From: Gekko japonicus
Lineage: Eukaryota
NCBI RefSeq assembly: GCF_001447785.1
Contig: NW_015164671.1
Location: 157,098-221,097, forward strand
Direction: 5' to 3'
DNA length: 64,000 bases
The notes under the pieces are model-generated. The model saw nothing but the letters and a program-made list of their open reading frames with translations, was not told the DNA's origin and searched no databases. Shown in pieces: positions 56,561-64,000 of this stretch (positions are counted from its first letter, which is position 1; every line of letters starts with the position of its first letter). The position numbers were made by a program, and so were the translations under genes.

Positions 56561-58639
56561 ACTTTACCTCCTTCCAGCCTATGCATTCATTACAAATCAC
56601 ATCTTTCTAGATCTCGTTGTATTGCTTTCACAACGGGCTTTACTGCTAGTGTCAAATAACCACATATGGCTCCCCATGTGGATCAAAAAATACACACAAT
56701 GGGGCCAGCACAGACTACAGTTTAGGATCATGGAAACTCAGGGAAACCTAAAGATACACAGATTCATCTTTTTTTCTTTTTTTTAGAATGTGGGCAAACC
56801 CTACCATGTATGTTAAAAGGCTGGAGTTCAAGTGGAAAAAATGTGGTGACCAAATGGCCAAACAGATGAGCTTACAGAAGTAAGTGGGCAGAAGCCCACT
56901 CATCCCTCCACCTAGTTCACTGGACTCCTAACCTGACCCACTTGATCATCGCACCTGTGCCACATTGCTGGGCATGAAGAGGTGGGTCAATAAGCAATTG
57001 GGTGGGCAAAACTCAAATGGGGAGGCATGTAAATGAGTGACAAAGTAGGCAGGCAGAAAGACAAAAGCCAAAGTGTGTTGGTTGGGTTGGCAAGATAAGG
57101 TAAGATGATGGGGAACTGGAAGTAGTAAGTGGGAAACGAGGAGGGTGTGGGGAAATAGAGATTATAATGTATCTAAATAATATGCATTGTGCACATAAAT
57201 GCTGTATATACTTTGTTTAAAAAAACACAGCATGTGTGCACAATAAAAACAAATCTATAAAACTGAAAGTGGACTGCTGTCAATATATATATATGAATCT
57301 AGAGATATTCCAAATAATAGAGAACATCCACTCATCCCTATTCTTAGAAGTTTCCCAATATATACAATTGTTCAAAGTAACATAAATATAATTTGTCCTC
57401 CCCTAAGATAAAAACCATTGAATAGCTTACTTCTCATTGGCAGTCCTGATTATTTCATTTCAGTTCCTGGCCAGAAAGGTTTTGTTTTCTTCTTCAAGCC
57501 ATTTTCCACCAGTAGCTTAGAAGGAAAACTTTGAGAAGATGGATTTAGCATATCTGAATAGATTTAGTTTCTTTTATGCATCTTTGCAGTTGACCATTTC
57601 ATCAGTTCTGTCAAGCATTTGCTTGTTTAAGTGTTGTCATGCTCTCTTTCCTTTAACCCATTGGTTTGATTGATCTACTTAAAAGTATTTCAGAGACTGT
57701 TTGCTCAAGCTCACCTGTAATTTCAGGCCACAATCTATATTTGTCATCCATATTCAGTGCTGCTGTTCCTGTGAGCTGCTTCATTTCTCTCCAACCAAAT
57801 CACCTTTCATTCTTCACAGTCTATCTATTCAATTTATCAACATGCATATTTTCTTGCCATTCAAGCTGATCTTCCTGAAATCATAACTTCTTCCTTTTTT
57901 GTTTTGGTGATAACTAGTTTGCAGCTTTGATTTCAAAAATTACCGTTTGTCAAATTTAATCACAGGGCTGTCACTTGATTGAGTGCCCCAGCTACTTTTT
58001 TTTTTTTTTTACTCCACCGATCTTGGCTTCCATCTTCAGTTAAGGAATCAAGTCAGAGGAGAATATCTGACAAGCTGATTTAACTAGTAACCATTTACCA
58101 AATTGATTATTCCTATGCCTGTTTAATAAAATGCATAGATACATTTCTTTTTGAGTGTTCAGAAAATCCGCTTTAAGACTTATATTAATAATTCCCTCCA
58201 ATAGTAAAGTGTCTAGCTGTACCAATAACCAGACACCAAAACAGGACTGACCACTTCTACATACAAAGGATGAAGCCTAGAAGTCTGGGATTCCGTAGCA
58301 ACCTTCCAGACCTGGGAGAATCACAAAAAAGACGTTAAAAGGACTATGTCTATTTCTAAAGAATGCTAACAGCATGAGTGCATATACATCTCATGCCTGC
58401 CCAGTGACCCTTAGGATTGCTGTTCATTGTACAATTAAGTAAAATACTGAAATGTGACTGTCAGGCTGTCAGGAGTGGCACAGGATTTCATGGTCTCCAT
58501 GATGCCCATGGGCCTGTCCCAAGTTAAAGGTTACTCCCTTGTCATGGACAGATTTTTTTACCTGATAGAGGTTGGAATTACTGCTTTTTCTTTCCTCCAT
58601 AGGAGTGTTGATGGGATCCTCTTGGTGTTTTGGAACTTT

Positions 58640-59012
58640 CCCACTTGAGTTGCTAATGAGTCTGTCAAGGCTCTGACCACTTTCTGGAATAAGGAGATAG
58701 GCCTGCACTGTTGACATGAGAGAGAGCCTTTTCCATGGAAGCCCCATAATTATGGAACAACCGTTCAAGGGAGGTGTGCCTGGCCCCCTCATTGTTGATC
58801 TTCAGGAGACAGCTAAAGACAGTTTTATTTTGCACTGCATTGTAATTGCGTTTGCTTTTATTATTGGCAGTCCCAATTGGAGTTTTTAAACTGTGAAATA
58901 TGTGGATCTTATAATAATTGTTTTCATTGTGTTTTCATAATGTTTTATTTATATTGTAATTTGCATTGAGTTCTGCAAGGAATAAAGGTAATTAGTAAAT
59001 GTTCTAAATAAA
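58640..59012 (+). mobile_element. Old L2 3' UTR remnant
   Basis: GAGAGCCTTTTCCATGGAAGCCCC...TGGAAC; tail TTGTAATTTGCATTGAG...AAATGTTCTAAATAAA. Confidence 0.5.
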
Positions 59013-59722
59013 CACTTTAGGGTGAATATTCAATCCATTCTAAGCCCTGGCAAAGCTTGTTGGACCTCACCTTTGCTCCCTGAAAGTGTGCCCCAGAGCA
59101 CGCCCTGAACTGCGCTGCAGCTGCATAATGCAGGAGATGACTGGTGGCAGACCCGTGGTGGGCAAACTCTCATGCAGAGAAACATCTCCATCATGAATTG
59201 TCTTTTCACTGAGGAATCACTGGTGATGTGTAAGGGAAGTGTATGGTTCCTGAAATACACTTTGGAAACCATCAGAGCAGGAAATATGCCTCTATATGCT
59301 ACAACAACTTATATTTAACGTCCACTCTCATTAGGATGGCAATGAAGGCTTCTCAAGAGCTTTTTGCAATGTTTAAAAATAGATGCTCAAATTTTCCAGT
59401 GTAAGTTTAAACTCTAAATATACTTGGATACTTTCTCTGCACATCTATGCCCCCTTCTTCTCTATTACCATAGATTTCCCATTTAGGAGACACCCTGTCA
59501 GATTTGATCACACCTATTGCACAGTATTAGGTGCAAATATTTGAACTGGAGTCAGAGGTGGAAAAAAGTGGTAGAAGAGGTAAAAGGAGAAAAATAGTGA
59601 AGCATGCTTTAAATCTTTAAAAAAAACATGACTAGTTTCATATGGAAGGTTTTAAAAATTCCAAGATCACAGTTCCTGGGTGTTCAACAAAATGTTAACT
59701 AGGTAGCTTAAGAGTCTGCCTT

Positions 59723-61370
59723 CCCCCCCCCCCCCCCGGTCTGTGGATCAGCGATGGCAGTCATTCTCCCTGGACCTCGGGGGAGCGGCCCGCACACCAG
59801 CAGTATGGAAAGGTGCTACCTCAAGTCGCACTCACACGGAGCCTTTGTGATAGGCTCTAGGCCAGAGGGCTTTTGAGGGGCAGCCTCTTTGATAGCTCAA
59901 TGCTGGAGAATTGAGGCTTCCCTCCACCCTGACGGTCCTGCCACTGTGTGGCCCTCCGGCACAAGCTGAATCGACTGGGACAAGCGCTGGAGATCGAGCG
60001 GAATAGCGATTACTGCGAGCGAGGTCAGAGAAATGACTGACAATGAACGTGAGTTCAAAATAAGCAGAATAATTTAAAAACGAACTACCCCCCCCGTGGG
60101 AAAAGCGGAGTGCAAAGAGGGACACCTCTTATGTGAATGGACAGATAAGTGAAATGAAGGGGCAGGGGGGGGGAACAAGCAGCGACCTTGTTTTGAAAGA
60201 CTTACTTGAGCACTGACATTGAGGCGACGATTTTTTTAGTCCGTGAGAAGCAATTTGGAATTGTAAACAATTGTATAAAATGGCGGCCTCGCAAAGAAAG
60301 TTTAAAATGAATCTGGCGGGTAGTCAGAGTTCAAAACCAGAAGAGGAAGCAGACGTCATGAAAATGTTAGCGGATATGCTCAAGCCGGTGATGGAGCAAC
60401 TCGATGGTATTAACCAGCAACTGACTTCCTTGAATCAACAATTTGCATCTCAGAAGCTCCAACTTGCAGAAATGAAGAAGAAGGTGGAGCATGCGACCGA
60501 GAGAATTAAAGAGATAGACACCACAAATAAGAAAATGAAGAAAAGAATGGGGGAAGTTGAAGCAAAACAAAACTTCCAAGAAAACCATTTGCTACAGCTA
60601 CAAATGGAAAAAGCCAATATGATTCTCAGATTCCAGGGAGTGCCTGAATCGGAAAAGGTGGATCTGAGGAAGCTTCTCAGCGAGATCATCGTGCCAGAAA
60701 TAGGCTCAACAGCGGATGAACTAGTAAAAGAGATGGAGACTGCTTATAGGGCATACTCCAATTATATTAAAAAAAATAGCCTGCCTGGAGAAATTGTGGT
60801 CAGATTCTCAAGAAGACAGACCAGAGATGCTATTTTAAAAGCGACTTCAGCAACTCCACTGAAACTGGGGGATACAAACATTAAAACTTTAAAAGACATT
60901 CCATTTGAAATTTGCCAAAAGAGGAAAAGCTATAAGGACTTAATTTATTTTCTTCAAACCAATGGGATTTCGTACAGGTGGGCAATCCCAGAGGGTGTAA
61001 TCTTTAAAATCAACGACAAAAGAGAAAAGATTGACTCCCTTTTTAAAGCCAAAGAATTTTTTAGACGTCAGTTGGGATCGGAGGAAGAATCCAAAGATGA
61101 AGAATCCAAATCAAGTGACTCTGCCACCTCTGGAACAGATGAGGACTCTGCTGTAGAAATGGGTGTGGGTGCGACAAAAGTTACATATGATTTCAGAGAT
61201 AGAAAACCAAAGTAAAGGCAGAAGGACTCTGAAAATTGCCTTTTTGGAAGCAAATAAAAAGAAGATGCTTAGAAAGTTCTCTCATACTAACTAACATACT
61301 AACACTGAAGCTGAGAAAAACAAGAACTCTACAAGTATATTGTTGATCCCTCCGGGGATTTAAAAAAAAA
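59723..61370 (+). mobile_element. ORF1-only L1 derivative (HAL1 / half-L1-like retroposon)
   Basis: CpG-containing 5' UTR, intact ORF1, ~150-bp 3' UTR, poly(A) at 61362-61371, TSD AGAGTCT(G/A)CCTT at 59711-59722 and 61371-61382; no ORF2. Confidence 0.82.
60280..61215 (+). CDS. L1 ORF1p (coiled coil, RRM, CTD), 311 aa from the ATG at 60280
   Basis: Heptad coiled coil (LDGINQQLTSLNQQF...), RRM start NMILRFQGVPESE, ETAYR, PGEIVVRF, CTD KDIPFEICQKRK...YRWAIPEG, acidic Ser-rich tail. Confidence 0.9.
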   Translation: MAASQRKFKMNLAGSQSSKPEEEADVMKMLADMLKPVMEQLDGINQQLTSLNQQFASQKLQLAEMKKKVEHATERIKEIDTTNKKMKKRMGEVEAKQNFQENHLLQLQMEKANMILRFQGVPESEKVDLRKLLSEIIVPEIGSTADELVKEMETAYRAYSNYIKKNSLPGEIVVRFSRRQTRDAILKATSATPLKLGDTNIKTLKDIPFEICQKRKSYKDLIYFLQTNGISYRWAIPEGVIFKINDKREKIDSLFKAKEFFRRQLGSEEESKDEESKSSDSATSGTDEDSAVEMGVGATKVTYDFRDRKPK

Positions 61371-61454
61371 AGAGTCTACCTTTGAGTTGGTTAATCAGAA
61401 TTCATTAAAAAATCTTCCATTGTAGCTGTTACAAGAATAGGAAGTCTTCCACCA

Positions 61455-61552
61455 CAGTATCTGAAGAAGTCACTGCTCACAAAAGATCATACTCTGCCAC
61501 ATATTTTGTTAATCTTTAAGATGCTACTGGACTTTTGCTCTTTTCCACTACC
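61455..61552 (+). mobile_element. Penelope pseudo-LTR fragment with a degenerate hammerhead
   Basis: GTATCTGAAGAAGT...CACAAAAGATCATAC...TGTTAATCTTTAAGATGCTACTGGACT; homologous to 27035-27114, with the GAAA box mutated. Confidence 0.6.
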
Positions 61553-62050
61553 ACAGTAATGTGTGATACTCAGAGTCTTAAATAAGAATATTTATTTATG
61601 CAATTACTTATATCCCATTTTTGATCAAGGCAAGGACCCCAAAGCACTTAAAATAACAAGATTCAACAGAAACTAACAGGGGGAGACTTTTGGATGAAGA
61701 ACAGTTCTCTCTCTTTTCCTGCCAGATCTTTCATCTACCTCTAGACAGAGACCCTCAGGCAAAGGGTCAAATGACATGTTACATTTTATATAAGTTCCCA
61801 ACATGGACTGGCAGTCCTATTGCAGCTGTGAGTTCCCAGTGGCAACTCCAGGGAAACTTCATTAGGGTCCAGTTTGGATTGTAACTGCAGAATGGAGGAG
61901 GAGGGGCTCCTACCTTCCTTGTACCATTTTTCTGACTCAAAGGGATATGGAACAAACAATGCCTAAGACTTAGGAATGTGAGTGCAGTAATGCCACATCC
62001 CCCTCCACCCACCAGAGTGCCACTGGTGTAACCCAATGTACTGGCAGAGG

Positions 62051-62348
62051 TAGGGTTGCTAAGTCTGATTTTCACTGCAGCGGGGGACTCCCGGCTGGTG
62101 GCTGGAGTGCACGCACGCACGCAAAGCGCGTGCCGCATCCACGTCACTCGGAAGTGACGCGACCATGCCGGGCACGCTGGGGGCGGGGCCACGACCATCC
62201 GAGGGAAAACCATAGAGTTTTCCCTCGGATGACCGTGGCCCCGCCCCCAGCGTGCCCGGCGTGGTTGCGTCACTTCCAGGTGACGTGCACGTCAGGGTGG
62301 AGTTCCCCCCGGGGCCTGATCCGCTGCTGGGGGGACTTGGCAAGCCTA
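62051..62348. mobile_element. hAT Blackjack-like palindromic MITE (young, same subfamily as 3187-3515)
   Basis: TAGGGTTGCTAAGTC...GACTTGGCAAGCCTA; perfect TSD GGCAGAGG (62043-62050, 62349-62356); internal palindrome GGGGCGGGGCCACG...CGTGGCCCCGCCCC. Confidence 0.92.
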
Positions 62349-64000
62349 GGCAGAGGAGTGGGCAGGCCTGGAAGCATGGCAGGGAGTAGTTGACTCCCTA
62401 AATCACCCCAGCCCAGCAGTGGTACATAGTTATGTGCACAAAACTCATGGCATAGCCTGTAGGCATCCATGGAGTTCAGGAACAACTTTTCCCACACATT
62501 GGATGCCATATCCCTGGTGCCCTGAGGACCCTAGGTGGCCAATGTGTGCCATGTCAAGCACCCATTGGACTCTGACCAATGTAGGCACCCAGTAGGCAAT
62601 ATAAATCCCAACTTCACATCCAGCCAGGCCAGATGCCAAGCCACAACACATAGAGATACATTGAACATAGGAACATAGGAACATCATGAACATAACTATA
62701 TCATACCATGATGGCAGCTCAAACAAAACCTCAGGAAATGAGCATACCACACAAGAGCACAGCTCACCAGCAGGGCAGATGGAGGAGAAGCAGCTGCAGT
62801 GGTTGCCTGGTTGCCACCAGTGCAAGTGATCCTTTGCCATCACAAGGGCATACTCCAGGTCTCTCCTGCAGGCATGCTGACCCAGAGCAGCAATGGCAGC
62901 AACCCACTGTCTAACCACAGAGGCCCAGACTGGCACCCATGGAATGGTTATCCATCAAGTAAGAATGGCATTTTAAAAAGCCCTGGTCATCTGGCTCCTC
63001 AGTGAGCCCCTCACCAGGGGCACTGACCTAGGAGTAATTCCTTATCCTCCAACCAGGTGTCCAGCAGGCAGTTCATGGTGGACACAGCAAAGATCTGGTA
63101 TCATGAATACTGCCTGGAAACTTAGCCCTAGCATCAATGGAGATTACTTATTTATCTTGGGCAGGTCCTTGGAGTGGTGGTATAAAAATCTTCTAAATAA
63201 ATAAGATGTTCTGGTGGTTGTAGGTGGCCTGGACATTCAAACTGTAGAAGTGTTATTGGTAACCCTGCGGCTCATCTGAGGTGGGAGAGGGGGCTATGAG
63301 TGCAATGTAGTCACAGTTGATGGCACCATAATGTTTGGGATGGCTGCAAATGCACAACCCTGGAAAATCAGTTTAGTTTTTCATGTTCAGGTGCTTACCA
63401 TCATAATCAGCAGGCATCTTGCTTTTCTTAGATTCTCCAAATTTCTCAGGCAGTGGCACGTGGAAGGTGGCTCCTGGCTGGTGCAAGCATGTATTGCACC
63501 TGGCAGAGCTGCACATCTGGCTGGCTTCTTTCTCCATCTCTCCTTTGTGGGGGTAGGGCCCTTTTCACTCTGCCAGTGGGATAGCTGGGGGCACAGTCTG
63601 GGGACCAGGCAAACACAGAAGAATCCTAGAATTATGTAAGCATTCCAGAAAATCACAGTAACAACCCAAAATACTCCGTAAATTTTAAGCAGATTGAAAA
63701 AAGGGATTCTATTTCACCAGCCCTCGAAGTAGGTGCCTCTTGTTGCAGGCCCACTTCTCTCCACTGATTCCTATCAGAAGGAAATAGCTCTGGCCACTGG
63801 CATTGCTTATTTCCAGGCTGGAGATTACCAGTCTTTGGAGTTCTGGATCATTATTTTCAATGAGGAATGTATATGAAGGTCTGGGGCAGCTGCTTATAAA
63901 GTTAATGGCACCAAATTTGCACACAACACAATCCACTCTGTAATTTTCAAGCAGCTTGAATAAAGGGGTTAGATGTTACAGACTCAAAAGTAGGTGATTC

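Noticed and set aside
62445-63656. ORFs of 163, 102 and 89 aa near the window end
   Set aside because: No domains or splice-consistent structure; the region looks like decayed repeat sequence.

Overview
This is vertebrate, not microbial, DNA. The repeat landscape points to a squamate reptile, probably a gecko (inference): Sauria SINE, RTE-BovB, L2, CR1, L1, Penelope, tRNA-Ala-headed Squam3-like SINEs and many hAT/Harbinger MITEs. No host protein-coding exon, rRNA, genuine tRNA gene or CRISPR array could be supported, so the window looks intergenic or deep intronic. All recognisable long ORFs come from transposons: a Gypsy integrase tail with its 3' LTR, a decayed L2 RT, two near-identical young BovB copies, an L1 ORF2 3' fragment and an intact L1 ORF1. 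The main observations are: (1) a TSD-flanked, polyadenylated ~1.65 kb ORF1-only 'half-L1' (HAL1-like) element at 59723-61370; (2) two non-autonomous Helitrons that share a variant CTTG 3' end and carry different GC-rich, promoter-like cargo with NRF1 palindromes; (3) a BovB copy with an intact RT but an in-frame deletion of the endonuclease catalytic core; (4) Penelope-derived inverted repeats with a minimal hammerhead ribozyme; (5) several nested insertions resolved by TSDs, plus a 478-bp tandem duplication. Family names rest on recalled motif similarity; no database search was run.
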